64,000 bases of DNA from Candidatus Binatia bacterium. Its GTDB lineage: Bacteria; Desulfobacterota; Binatia; Bin18. Made by a program: the position numbers and the translations under genes. The stretch is from assembly GCA_963664395.2 (NCBI GenBank), contig OY761159.2:448001-512000 (forward strand), in the 5' to 3' direction. Position 1 is the stretch's first letter. Each line of letters starts with the position of its first letter. This document shows positions 1 through 9,696 of the stretch, one piece after another. The notes below the pieces were generated by a model. The model worked only from the letters and a program-made list of their open reading frames with translations, was not told where the DNA came from and did no database searches.

Positions 1-134
1 TCCATGCGCCACGGAAAGTCTTCGTCCAGAATTTCCGCCTCCGCGTCAAACGCCTGCCAGAAGGCGTCCAAATCGCCCGTATTCAGCCCGTCCTTCCAGG
101 CGTGAAAGGCCGCTTCCAAACTCTGTATGTCCAT
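1..134 (-). CDS. SnoaL/NTF2-like protein, 5' part (runs off window start)
   Basis: Manual translation MDIQSLEAAFHAWKDGLNTGDLDAFWQAFDAEAEILDEDFPWRM; GAAGGAG RBS upstream; GDLDA...F pattern typical of the NTF2 fold. Confidence 0.6.
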   Translation of the reverse strand, partial: MDIQSLEAAFHAWKDGLNTGDLDAFWQAFDAEAEILDEDFPWRM

Positions 135-192
135 GCTGTTCTCCTTCATCGATGATCGTTACTGCGGCTGCGCTCATCCGCGCCACCGGGTT

Positions 193-894
193 TTACCATT
201 TTTCGCCGAAGGGCCGGACATCCAACTCAAACGTCCACGCGCTGTGCGGTTGCTGAGTCAGGTGAAACACCGCGTCAGCAATATCGTCTGGTGAAAGAAA
301 ATATTCGGTCGGTTTATCCGGCATCATTTCGCGGATATAGGGAATATCAATCATCCCGTCGATGATGACATATGATACATGAATTTTTTCCGGCCCAAGG
401 TGGCGCGCCATGGATTGGGCCAGACTCCGCTGTGCGGCCTTGGCTGAGGCAAACGGAGCCGCACTTGCTCCCCCCCGGAGCGAGGCGGTCGCGCCACTCA
501 CAACGATATTGCCGCCGCCGGCCTGCCGCATATCGGGGAGCACTTCTTGGGCGGTGACAAACAAGCCGCGGGTATTGATCTCCCACGCCTGCTGGAGCAT
601 CTCAAGCGAAGTATTGTCGATAGTGACAAATTCGCCCGACCCCGCGTTGTAGACCAGGACAGCCACGGGGCCGAGGTCCTGACGAATGCGACTGAAGACA
701 CCAGACGCCGCAGCAGTATCACACACGTCATAGGGATACGCATGCGTTCCGGAAATTTTAGCCGCCAGTTCATCTAAATAGGCTGCATTCCGGGCGCACA
801 TCGCAACCTCGTATCCTTCGGCGGCAAATTTTCGGGTAAAAGACAGCCCGTTTCCCGGTCCCACACCAATAATGACACACACAGGTTTACTCAT
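193..894 (-). CDS. Short-chain dehydrogenase/reductase (SDR)
   Basis: GVGPGNG Rossmann motif, YNAG, FASAK (F in place of Y of YxxxK), C-terminal WTFELDVRP. Confidence 0.9.
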   Translation of the reverse strand: MSKPVCVIIGVGPGNGLSFTRKFAAEGYEVAMCARNAAYLDELAAKISGTHAYPYDVCDTAAASGVFSRIRQDLGPVAVLVYNAGSGEFVTIDNTSLEMLQQAWEINTRGLFVTAQEVLPDMRQAGGGNIVVSGATASLRGGASAAPFASAKAAQRSLAQSMARHLGPEKIHVSYVIIDGMIDIPYIREMMPDKPTEYFLSPDDIADAVFHLTQQPHSAWTFELDVRPFGEKW

Positions 895-1092
895 TGTTCA
901 GCTTTCTCCTTTTCACTTGTGGCCTATATAGCGAGTTGGCGGTAGTAACTCTATGACGCTTTGAAATAAATATGCAGAATGGCATTCTGGACAACTACCC
1001 GGAAATTCGGTCACTAGCCGCACCGAGCCCGCTTGCCTATAATTCGGCACGACACAACGAGAAACCCAATCGCGCGTTACGAAAGGTCAATT

Positions 1093-2622
1093 ATGAAGCC
1101 AGGAATCACACATAGCCTCAAAGTCGGATTACTGCTCGTGAGTATCCTTGTCAGCCTGCCGGGGGCCCAAGCCGAGCAGCTTGGAGAACTGCATTTCCCA
1201 ACCTCCGGTTCGGCAGAAGCCCAAGAACACTTCCTTCGGGGCGTCAAATATCTGCATAATTTTGGATTCGAAGACGCCGCGGCGGCGTTCCAGGCTGCCG
1301 CGAAGGCAGAGCCGGACTTTGCGTTGGCCTACTGGGGAGAGGCGCTGAGTCACAATCATCCTCTCCAGCCTGCGCGTGACCTTGAAACGCCGAGAAACGT
1401 GCTGGCCCGTCTCGGTTCTTCACCCGCCGAGCGGGCAGCCAAAGCCCCGACTCTACGTGAAGCCGGCTTACTGGCCGCGGTAGAGCTTTTGTATGCAGAG
1501 GGAGAGGATGCCGAGCGCGCATCTGCTTACGCGGAGGCCATGGGTCGGCTGGCTGGCCAATATCCTGAGGACGAAGAACTTCAGGCGTTTTACGCCGTTG
1601 CCCTCCTGGGGACGGTCCGCCATCTCGGGGACAGTTGGGGGGCAGAGTCAACGTTTCGGGTACGGATGAAAGCCGGTGCGATAGCGCAGGAGGTGTTTCG
1701 CACACACCCCAACCATCCTGGCGCGGCCCATTATATTATTCACGCCTTCGATGATCCTATTCATGCGCCCCTGGCCCTGGCGGCAGCCGAACGCTACGCC
1801 CACATCGCCCCGGATGTCTCCCATGCCCTGCACATGCCCTCGCATATTTTTATTCAGCGCGGCATGTGGGCCAAAGTTGTTGCCTCGAATGAAGCCTCCT
1901 ACCAAGCCGCCTTCGCCAAGTGGCCGCAGCGAGACAGTTTTTCTGAAACACAACAATATTTTAACGACGTGTATATCTGGCACGCCTTGGATTGGGGCCA
2001 ATACGGCGCGCTGCAACAGGCGGATTGGACCAAGGCAAAACAGGCGATTGATCTTCTGCGCCCAGTGGCGGAGAAAAGCACCGTCTTGCAGGTCAAGGAA
2101 GGGGTCGGAGAAATGACGGCCCGCGCTATTGTCGAAAGCGAGCAGTGGCAGCAGCTCCCGTTTTCTTCCGACCTGACTGCGCATGAATTGATGGCAACAG
2201 GCATGAGTGCGGTACGTCTGGGGGATGTGGCAATCGCTCAACAGGCGGAAGCCAAGTTGAGAGCACTAGAGCAGGAAGAGTCGCCGTCCCGCTCCAAACA
2301 CCGCCAACAGGCGCTGACGATCATGCGTCTTGAGGTTGCAGCCCTGGTTCGTCTGGCACAGGGGCAGGCCGACGCCGCGCTCGCCCGCATGGACGAAGCC
2401 GTGACTATTGCAAACAGTATCGGCTTACCCAATGGAGCAGCCACGCCAATCAAACCCGCGCACGAGTTGTACGGAGAAATCCTGCTTGAGCTTGGCCAGC
2501 CTCAAAAGGCAGTGTCCCAGTTCGAGACCTCTTTGCAGCGTACCCCGAACCGTCGCCTTTCTCTGCGTGGCTTGGCGCGTGCAGCAAGCGGTGCCCTCAG
2601 CACTGCGCGTCAAAGTTATTAA
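1093..2622 (+). CDS. Exported TPR-like helical repeat protein, C-terminus probably clipped by a premature stop
   Basis: Signal peptide ending AQA; FLRGVKYLHNF, HPGAAHYIIHAFD, HALHMPSHIF motifs; reading frame continues past TAA to 2718. Confidence 0.8.
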   Translation: MKPGITHSLKVGLLLVSILVSLPGAQAEQLGELHFPTSGSAEAQEHFLRGVKYLHNFGFEDAAAAFQAAAKAEPDFALAYWGEALSHNHPLQPARDLETPRNVLARLGSSPAERAAKAPTLREAGLLAAVELLYAEGEDAERASAYAEAMGRLAGQYPEDEELQAFYAVALLGTVRHLGDSWGAESTFRVRMKAGAIAQEVFRTHPNHPGAAHYIIHAFDDPIHAPLALAAAERYAHIAPDVSHALHMPSHIFIQRGMWAKVVASNEASYQAAFAKWPQRDSFSETQQYFNDVYIWHALDWGQYGALQQADWTKAKQAIDLLRPVAEKSTVLQVKEGVGEMTARAIVESEQWQQLPFSSDLTAHELMATGMSAVRLGDVAIAQQAEAKLRALEQEESPSRSKHRQQALTIMRLEVAALVRLAQGQADAALARMDEAVTIANSIGLPNGAATPIKPAHELYGEILLELGQPQKAVSQFETSLQRTPNRRLSLRGLARAASGALSTARQSY

Positions 2623-2741
2623 AAGCTGCTCGCAGTCCGGGGTAACGAGAATATACCCGAGGCACTTCAAGAAACGAGAATTTAAGCGAGAATTTTTCTG
2701 GCGAGAGCGGACCGATAATATTCCACGAACGAGGAGCAAAC

Positions 2742-3573
2742 ATGTCCGAAGAATCGCATAGACAAGCAATAGATACCGGCACGGAACAACTCCTATGCCA
2801 TATCGAAGATCGTGTGGGGGTGGTGACCTTGAATCGCCCCGAAGTTCGCAACGCGCTGTCGGATACGCTGACTCCGGCGCTGCGCAGCATCATTCCGGAG
2901 CTGGCAGTCCGCCCCGATGTGGGTTGCATTATGCTGACCGGAGCCGGGACAGCCTTTTGCGCCGGCGGCGATGTCAAAACCTTTGGTTCGTGGTCCAAAG
3001 AAGAACAGACGCCGGAGGACAAGATCCAGCTCTTGCGACTGCGGCAAAGAACGCTGACTGGTATGATCTACGAACTCGAAAAACCTGTGGTCGCCGCCCT
3101 GCCCGGCCCGGCTGCCGGGGCCGGACTTTCGATCGCCCTGGCGTGCGATATCCGTATTGCCGCGGCGCGGGCGTTTGTCACCACCGGCTTTGGGAAAATC
3201 GGTCTCTCCGGAGATTACGGGGGAAGCTGGTTTTTGACCCAACTGGTTGGCACGGCCAAGGCGCGCGAACTCTATTATACCTCTGATCGCATAGATTCCG
3301 AAGAATGTGAGCGTCTGGGCATCTTCAATCGGGTCTTTCCGGACGAGGCATTTGAGGACTGAAGCCCTCGCCTTTGCCAAACGGATTGCCGCCGGCCCGC
3401 CGCTGGCTCTGCGCTATATGAAGGAAAATCTGAACCGAGCCACGACCCAAGACCTGCATACCTGTTTGGACATGGAAGCGGACCGGCTGGTTCGGGCGTC
3501 GGGGACACAGGATTTTCAAGAAGCGGTTCGGGCGTTCAAGGAGAAAAGGCCGCCCGTCTTCACCGGCCGCTGA
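2742..3573 (+). pseudogene. Enoyl-CoA hydratase/isomerase, frameshifted near 3351-3353
   Basis: LNRPEVRNA, AFCAGGD, GPAAGAG in ORF 2742-3362; crotonase C-terminus (DFQEAVRAFKEKRPPVFTGR) lies in another frame; removing one T from GCATTTGAGG joins them. Confidence 0.88.
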
Positions 3574-3586
3574 GTTTTGCTGTCCC

Positions 3587-3985
3587 ATGACGACAAATAT
3601 TCTCTTGCTCGATGTCGATGGTGTGCTGAAATCTCTCCAGGGTGCAGCTGGCACCATACGCGGGACGGACTGGAAAGAGGGAGTCCAGGAATTCGTTGCG
3701 TGGTGTCAGGAACAGTTCCACGTCGTCCTTATCCTCTCTTCGTGGCAGGCTCACATCCACCTGGAATTCGCAGCGCTCGATATCCACCTGCCGTCCCTGT
3801 CCTGGAAGGCCACAAAAACTGAGGGGCTGGCCGGTCTGGTCGGGCCAGGAAAAAAGATCGTGTGGGTCGAGGATGGCTGGGACGTAGAGGATCGAGCGAT
3901 GGCGGAAAGTCTGGGTATTACACTGGTGGAAACACATTTTCACGAACCGCTCACACTGACGCGCCAAAAGATCGCCGCGGCATAA
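3587..3985 (+). CDS. Small HAD-superfamily-like protein
   Basis: LLLDVDGVL (DxDG motif I) and WVEDG (motif IV-like). Confidence 0.6.
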   Translation: MTTNILLLDVDGVLKSLQGAAGTIRGTDWKEGVQEFVAWCQEQFHVVLILSSWQAHIHLEFAALDIHLPSLSWKATKTEGLAGLVGPGKKIVWVEDGWDVEDRAMAESLGITLVETHFHEPLTLTRQKIAAA

Positions 3986-4060
3986 ACGCCGGGCTTTCGC
4001 TGGCCAGCAGCCCTTCAGACTGATACACGAGAACGCACGCACCAAGAAAAGGAGAACACC

Positions 4061-4876
4061 GTGGCACAAGAAATTGGTCTCGACGCCCTCACAATCGAGT
4101 ACGCCAGTATTGAAGACGCAAAAAAGATGTCCGGTCTGCGGCTCGTCCTGGGCAACTATGCTGTTCCCGGTCCGTGGCGGGAAGCGTGCAAAGGACTCTT
4201 TTATGTCAAAAACATTCCCTACACGCCGGTTGTTGCGGCGAGTCTGGATGGCAACGACACAGAACTCCGCGAATGGACAGCCCAGTCCAGCGCGCCGGTC
4301 GCAATCTGGAACGACGAGCCACCCCGCTCGAAGTGGTTCGAGCAGCTCCACCTGGCCGAACGTCTTGAACCCAACCCGCCTCTCATTCCGGGGAATATCG
4401 AAGACCGGATGCTGATGTTCGGCTATTGCAATGAGATCTGCGGCGAGCAGGGCTATGCCTGGTCAAAACGACTGATGATGGTCCATAGCATGCTGACCAA
4501 TCCAAACGTAGACGGTGGAACAAAAGCCTTTTGGACCGGCTTTGGCAAGAAGTATGGCTACAGCCCGGAAGCCGCCGAAGCCGCGCCGGAACGCATGGCA
4601 ACCATTATTCGCTCGCTGGCCTCACGGCTTGAGCAACAGAAATCTCATGCTAGTAAATTTTTTATTGGCAACCAGCTTTCCGCACTCGATATTTATTGGG
4701 CAACGTTTGCGGCACTCGTTGACCCTCTCCCGGAAGAACAGTGCCCGATGGCCACCGCTTTTCGCGGCTTTTACCAGAATTCCGACCCGACCGTTGCGGC
4801 CGCCCTCTCGCCCGCGCTCTTGGATCAGCGCGATTCTATTTATCAAGAATATCTGGAACTCCCCATCGTATTCTGA
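4061..4876 (+). CDS. Glutathione S-transferase-like protein
   Basis: PGPWREACKG...VKNIPY N-terminal domain, SAPVA, FFIGNQLSALDIYWA GST C-terminal motif; AGGAG RBS. Confidence 0.75.
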   Translation: MAQEIGLDALTIEYASIEDAKKMSGLRLVLGNYAVPGPWREACKGLFYVKNIPYTPVVAASLDGNDTELREWTAQSSAPVAIWNDEPPRSKWFEQLHLAERLEPNPPLIPGNIEDRMLMFGYCNEICGEQGYAWSKRLMMVHSMLTNPNVDGGTKAFWTGFGKKYGYSPEAAEAAPERMATIIRSLASRLEQQKSHASKFFIGNQLSALDIYWATFAALVDPLPEEQCPMATAFRGFYQNSDPTVAAALSPALLDQRDSIYQEYLELPIVF

Positions 4877-4932
4877 GGCAGCCGTCCACGGAGCCGTTAG
4901 AGCAGACACACCGGTGTCGTTTGGAGCAGCGT

Positions 4933-5793
4933 ATGACAGCTACACAAGCCAACACAGCACAGATTGAGTATTGGAACGAACGCGGCGGCCCGCAATGGGT
5001 ACAACTCCAAGAACGGCTCGATGCCCAGCTTGGTCCGTTAGGCCTGGTCGCATTGGATAAAGCAGCCGCGCAGCCAGGCGAGTCCGTTCTTGATGTGGGA
5101 TGCGGCTGCGGACAAACATCACTTGCTCTCGCTAAGCAGGTCGGTCCGCGGGGTTCGGTCACCGGGATCGATATATCCCAGCCCATGCTGGGCAGGGCAC
5201 GCCAACGACAACAGGAGCAACAACTTCAGAACCTGACCTTTATTCATGCAGACGCGCAGACGTATCCGCTTGAGCCAGACAGCGTTGACCTGCTCTTTTC
5301 CCGCTTTGGCGTCATGTTTTTCGAGGACGCGCCAACGGCATTTGGCAATCTTCGACCTGCCCTTCGTCCAGGAGGACGCTTGTGCTTCATTTGCTGGCAG
5401 GAGTTACAGAAGAATGACTGGATTCGGGTACCGCTCCAAGCCGCGGCTCAGCATATTCCCCTCCCCCCTCCACCAGAGCCTGGTACGCCGGGCCCGTTCT
5501 CCTTGGCGGGCGCTGATCGGGTGCGTGGTATTCTTGAGTCAGCTGGCTTTCGAGACGTGAACCTCCAGCCCTACGAAACAGATGTCAGTTTAGGTGGAGC
5601 AACAGGCATAGCCGGCGCTATCGAATTCCTGCTGGCAATCGGTCCGGTTGCGGCCCTGTTGCGCGAGTCAGATGATGCTATGCGCACGCGCGTTGCAGAG
5701 GCCATCCGCGCGGCTCTCGCCCCGCACATAGACGGAAATCATGTGAATCTTCCGAGTGCGACGTGGATTGTGCGGGCCAGCGTCAGCCCGTAG
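4933..5793 (+). CDS. Class I SAM-dependent methyltransferase
   Basis: VLDVGCGCG, SRFGVMFF, LRPGGRL; start moved to MTATQANTAQIEYWN. Confidence 0.9.
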   Translation: MTATQANTAQIEYWNERGGPQWVQLQERLDAQLGPLGLVALDKAAAQPGESVLDVGCGCGQTSLALAKQVGPRGSVTGIDISQPMLGRARQRQQEQQLQNLTFIHADAQTYPLEPDSVDLLFSRFGVMFFEDAPTAFGNLRPALRPGGRLCFICWQELQKNDWIRVPLQAAAQHIPLPPPPEPGTPGPFSLAGADRVRGILESAGFRDVNLQPYETDVSLGGATGIAGAIEFLLAIGPVAALLRESDDAMRTRVAEAIRAALAPHIDGNHVNLPSATWIVRASVSP

Positions 5794-5819
5794 AAAAGAG
5801 CGCGGCTCAGGCTTTGAAT

Positions 5820-5857
5820 CCCCTCTCCCCGTGAGGGAGAGGGCCAGGATCAGGGGT
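5820..5857. repeat. REP-like palindrome (CCCTCTCCC..GGGAGAGGG type) between convergent genes
   Basis: ccctctccccgtgagggagaggg hairpin. Confidence 0.55.
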
Positions 5858-5890
5858 CCCCGCACGAGGGTCGCCGGGAGGGATATTTTC

Positions 5891-7894
5891 TTACGCCGGT
5901 CGCGCGCTCATAGGCTCTGTGGAAAGGGTCAGCGCGCTGCCCGAACGCATTTTGGTGCGGACATTATCCACTACAGTCCCATAGTGAATGCCAATAATCG
6001 ACAATTCAAAAGCCTTCACCAGATGTGATCCGGGGAAGCAAAACAGGGCGCGTTTCGTATTCAAATACTCGCGGGCGGCCTCATAGACCGATTGGGCTTC
6101 CGACCGTGGCAGAACGCCCTTGGCAACCGCTTCTCCTACGCGTTGGACAAAATCCTGGACTTCTGTCAGACCCATGTCAGGCCGGCAGCGCACCAAAGCG
6201 TTCTGCGCATAGGACAGCATCTCGGCAAAACGCTTCTCATCCTGTCCATCCAGCTCAATATAATTCTTGGCGGCGGCCCCTACTCTGTCCCAATAGGAAC
6301 CCAGATTCTGAGCTTCAGTTCGGATGTCCCGGAGGAGTTGTTTATCAAGCTGGACGGCGCGTTTGAGCAAGTGGAGGTAGCCACGCTGTTCCTTCATCGA
6401 TAATCCACCCAGGCCTTGCCTTGCAAATGAGCGAACAGCAGCAAAGACCACATTCACATCAATATGGCGACTCCTGAAAATATGGGCATCAAGGCGACCA
6501 ATCAGGCGCTCCGCCCGTCCATACATGGCCTGCGGGCTGAACAGCGATTCCAGGATATGCAGAAAGCCACGCTGCAGATTGTCGAGGCCCATTACCGGTT
6601 TGAACTGCACGGTGGCGTCAACATTATTGCACGCCAGTTCAGCTTCCAGCAGGCGTCCCTGCTCCTTGAGTTCGACGTACAGAGGCGTATGCGGCATCGG
6701 CGTCAAGGTGCCCGTCATGGCCGAGAACACTCCATTCGTTTCTACAAAGTCAACAATATTGTCAGCCGTCTGGAGGGTGTCGGTATCTGCGCCGAAAATA
6801 AATCCGGCCTGCACCTCAATGCCATGTTTCTGGAGTAATCCGACCGTATCCTTTGGCGCGGTTTTGATATTCTGAATTTTATTCATCTGCCGCAACGCCA
6901 CCGGATCGGGATTTTCGATGCCCAGGAAGACCGTGGCAAACCCGGCCTGTTGCATCCGTGCAATGAGATAGGAAAGCGACTCTTTGCCAAGGTCAATACT
7001 CGCCTGGGTAAAGAATTCAAAGGGATAGTTGTGTTGACGCTGGAATTCCGTCATAGCATCCAAGATCTCTTCCATGGCCTTGGGTTCGGACACAAAATTA
7101 TCATCAACCGTGAAAACCCCGCCACGAAAGCCTGTGTCATAGATGGCTTGTAATTCCCGTGTGACATCATCCCGCCCCTTGGCTCGGGGGAAACCGCCAT
7201 TGAACTGAATGATGTCACAGAAATTGCACCGAAAGCGGCAGCCGGCCGTGGTCTGCAACATCAAGGCCCGATAGTTGCCCACATCAATCAAATCCCAACG
7301 TGGGCTGGGCAGACCGTCAAAAGGTTCGAAAATCGAGCGGTCTTGGAGATATTTGCGGGAGGCCTCCGGTTCGTTGAGGACTCGTTCGGGGATGAACAGA
7401 AAAGGTGACTCGTCACTATGTTTGGGCGACTCTTCAAGGCGACGATTGAGATCGGCAATCCAGGGACCGACCTCACCCCAGGCGATATAGTCGAGGCCCT
7501 GATGCAGAACCGCATCTATGTCGTTCTTGGGGTCCATAATGGAGCTGCGATATGTCGATGCCAGGGGTCCACCCAGAACCCAGGGAGTGTCCAAGCCTTG
7601 AGCCGGGCCTTTCAGCAGATGTACTAACGAGTCGCGCTGGACATTCATCGCCCCGGTAAAGACGGCGTCACTGTCCTGAATTTTCTTTCGGATTTTCTGC
7701 GGCGCCGGCCGCTCGATATTCAAATCAACCAGTTCAAATTCCCATTCGTCCTGCGGCATCATTGCCGCGAAGGTCAGTAGCCCAAGCGGCGGAAAGGGTG
7801 CTTTCCGCCGGATATACTTCATGACATATTTATAACTCCAGAAGGAATCAGCCGGGAATTCCGGTGCAATCAGGAGTCCTTTTTTCACACGCAT
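5891..7894 (-). CDS. B12-binding radical SAM protein (DUF4070 type)
   Basis: FWSY..PPLGLLT B12-domain start, CRFRCNFC (CxxxCxxC), VDDNF, GFIFGAD. Confidence 0.9.
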   Translation of the reverse strand: MRVKKGLLIAPEFPADSFWSYKYVMKYIRRKAPFPPLGLLTFAAMMPQDEWEFELVDLNIERPAPQKIRKKIQDSDAVFTGAMNVQRDSLVHLLKGPAQGLDTPWVLGGPLASTYRSSIMDPKNDIDAVLHQGLDYIAWGEVGPWIADLNRRLEESPKHSDESPFLFIPERVLNEPEASRKYLQDRSIFEPFDGLPSPRWDLIDVGNYRALMLQTTAGCRFRCNFCDIIQFNGGFPRAKGRDDVTRELQAIYDTGFRGGVFTVDDNFVSEPKAMEEILDAMTEFQRQHNYPFEFFTQASIDLGKESLSYLIARMQQAGFATVFLGIENPDPVALRQMNKIQNIKTAPKDTVGLLQKHGIEVQAGFIFGADTDTLQTADNIVDFVETNGVFSAMTGTLTPMPHTPLYVELKEQGRLLEAELACNNVDATVQFKPVMGLDNLQRGFLHILESLFSPQAMYGRAERLIGRLDAHIFRSRHIDVNVVFAAVRSFARQGLGGLSMKEQRGYLHLLKRAVQLDKQLLRDIRTEAQNLGSYWDRVGAAAKNYIELDGQDEKRFAEMLSYAQNALVRCRPDMGLTEVQDFVQRVGEAVAKGVLPRSEAQSVYEAAREYLNTKRALFCFPGSHLVKAFELSIIGIHYGTVVDNVRTKMRSGSALTLSTEPMSARPA

Positions 7895-8243
7895 AGTGTT
7901 GCCCCCTTGCTACCACCCGTTATGGGGAAGGAAGTTCTTGTTGTTGCCCGCATCCGCATGAGGTTACCGCGCTCGACTATGGGATTCTGAGGAACGCAAT
8001 ATCATCACTCCCTCTCACGCACGGTCTAGATATTCATTACCTCTTTATCCTGCACAATTCAATGCACTCAAGTGACCAACTATAGTGAGGACTCATTATT
8101 GTCCCCTCCTCTCCGTACTCCCCCCAAAGGAGCTAACCACCTCTTAATTGCTAGAGCATAGGTCAGATGGTATAAAAACGTCTTTAATTAGCTGCCGGGC
8201 GGGTTTCACGAGCCGGGCCAACCGCCAGCCAACAGGGGGGAAC

Positions 8244-9494
8244 ATGCAGAAGTTACTATTGGCTTTTACCGTCGGCGTATTCGGCTTTCTGTGGACGTCC
8301 GCCTGGGCGGAGATGTCTGCCACGGCCATACAGGCGATGTTTCATCCCTATGCCAACGGCAAGCCGGCGGTGGAGGGCCTGGCTCCCGGAACGCGGATCG
8401 GACCGGATTCGTGGCAGGCAGCCCAAGACTATCTGCCAGCCGAAATCCTCGACAAAATCAAAGCCGGCGAACTGGCGTTTGAAGTCCGGGAAACAACCGA
8501 TCTGCCGGTGAGCGACGCCTATATCACGGCCACGCAGAACCACGCCGAACACGTGCAACTTGGCGCGGACAGCGAACTCGGCGGCTATGTGGCCGGGATG
8601 CCCTTCCCCATTCTCGATCCGGCAGACCCCCAAGCCGGGCTGAAGGCAGCCTGGAATCTGCGCTACCGTGATTTTGGGACTATCGTGCAAATCTGGAATA
8701 CCTTTCGCCTCATAGAAGAATCCGGCGCCGTCAATCGGGAGATCGAAAACTATTATGTCGTGGCCTACGGCATGCACCGACCGCCAACGGATGGCCCCGA
8801 TCCCAACATTTGGCAGGAAGAGGGTCTGCTGTATAAGGAATATTATCACATCACCGCGCCGTTTGATCTGAAAAATACGATCAGTCTGAAGCATCGTCAT
8901 GTACGTGACCAGGCCAAGGATGACGACTGGGTCTATTCCCCGTCCGGGCGCAAGATTCGCAAGATCATCGTGAAACACGAAGATACCGCGCTCGACTCGG
9001 GCCTGCTGAACGACGACTACTTTGGCTTCTCCGGTTATATCCGCAGCTATACGTGGAAGCTGGTGGGCATACAGACGCTCCTCGCGCCGGTCGGTGTCCA
9101 GGCGGTAAAAACGACCTTTGGCGGGCGCGGAGGCTGGTATCCGGTCGATCCCTGGGAGTTGCGCGAGATGGTGGTCCTCGAAGGGGTGCCAAAGACCGAC
9201 GATCATCCCTATAGCAAACGTGTGCTGTATATCGACCGCCAGATGTTTGTGCCCGTTTATGCTCTCATGTATGACCGCACTGGGGCACACGCCAAGACCG
9301 TGTTCGAGCTGTACGGAAACCCGAAATTTAACCCTGGCAACGAACATGTGCGCGTGCCGGTGTGGACCGGTGAGACCATGATTGACTATCAGGATGCGTT
9401 CGGATCGGTCACCGAAATAACCAAAATTATCTGCAATGAGCCGCTGCCGGCCGACTTTTTCAATCTCAACAAAATTGTCGCCAGAGGGCGCTAG
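8244..9494 (+). CDS. DUF1329 family exported protein (LolA-like)
   Basis: Signal peptide, GMPFP..DPADPQAGLKAAWN, DDDWVYSPSGRKIRK, HPYSKRVLYID. Confidence 0.85.
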   Translation: MQKLLLAFTVGVFGFLWTSAWAEMSATAIQAMFHPYANGKPAVEGLAPGTRIGPDSWQAAQDYLPAEILDKIKAGELAFEVRETTDLPVSDAYITATQNHAEHVQLGADSELGGYVAGMPFPILDPADPQAGLKAAWNLRYRDFGTIVQIWNTFRLIEESGAVNREIENYYVVAYGMHRPPTDGPDPNIWQEEGLLYKEYYHITAPFDLKNTISLKHRHVRDQAKDDDWVYSPSGRKIRKIIVKHEDTALDSGLLNDDYFGFSGYIRSYTWKLVGIQTLLAPVGVQAVKTTFGGRGGWYPVDPWELREMVVLEGVPKTDDHPYSKRVLYIDRQMFVPVYALMYDRTGAHAKTVFELYGNPKFNPGNEHVRVPVWTGETMIDYQDAFGSVTEITKIICNEPLPADFFNLNKIVARGR

Positions 9495-9558
9495 TGCGGA
9501 GTCCGAAGACGCTTGTCAGTCTCCTCATTACACCCCTGTCCGGCTACTCGATGTTCTA

Positions 9559-9651
9559 TCCCCTCCTTGGAGGGGTGGCCGCAGGCCGGGGTGGGTTCTC
9601 TAGCCGATGAAACATACCCCGCCGCTATGCGGCACCCCTCTCAAGAGGGGA
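9559..9651. repeat. Inverted pair of REP-like units (TCCCCTC..GAGGGGTG..GGGGTGGGTT family)
   Basis: Units at 9559-9597 and 9611-9651 are approximate inverted copies; same family at 56241-56333 and partial near 27106. Confidence 0.75.
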
Positions 9652-9696
9652 AAGCGTTGTTCCTTTTCACTTATGGACAAAATTTACCAAAAGACT

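Noticed and set aside
2620-2685. TAA readthrough or alternative genetic code
   Set aside because: Many intact genes in the window end correctly at TAA; local mutation explains it
7895-8243. Possible cobalamin riboswitch or ncRNA upstream of the B12 radical SAM gene
   Set aside because: No B12-box or GGGAA/CCCGC-type core visible on either strand; an Infernal/Rfam scan would settle it
8256-9347. Long antisense ORFs (also 36647-37516, 38809-39729, 43635-44627, 51068-52012)
   Set aside because: Shadow frames of well-supported genes in high-GC DNA, with no recognisable motifs
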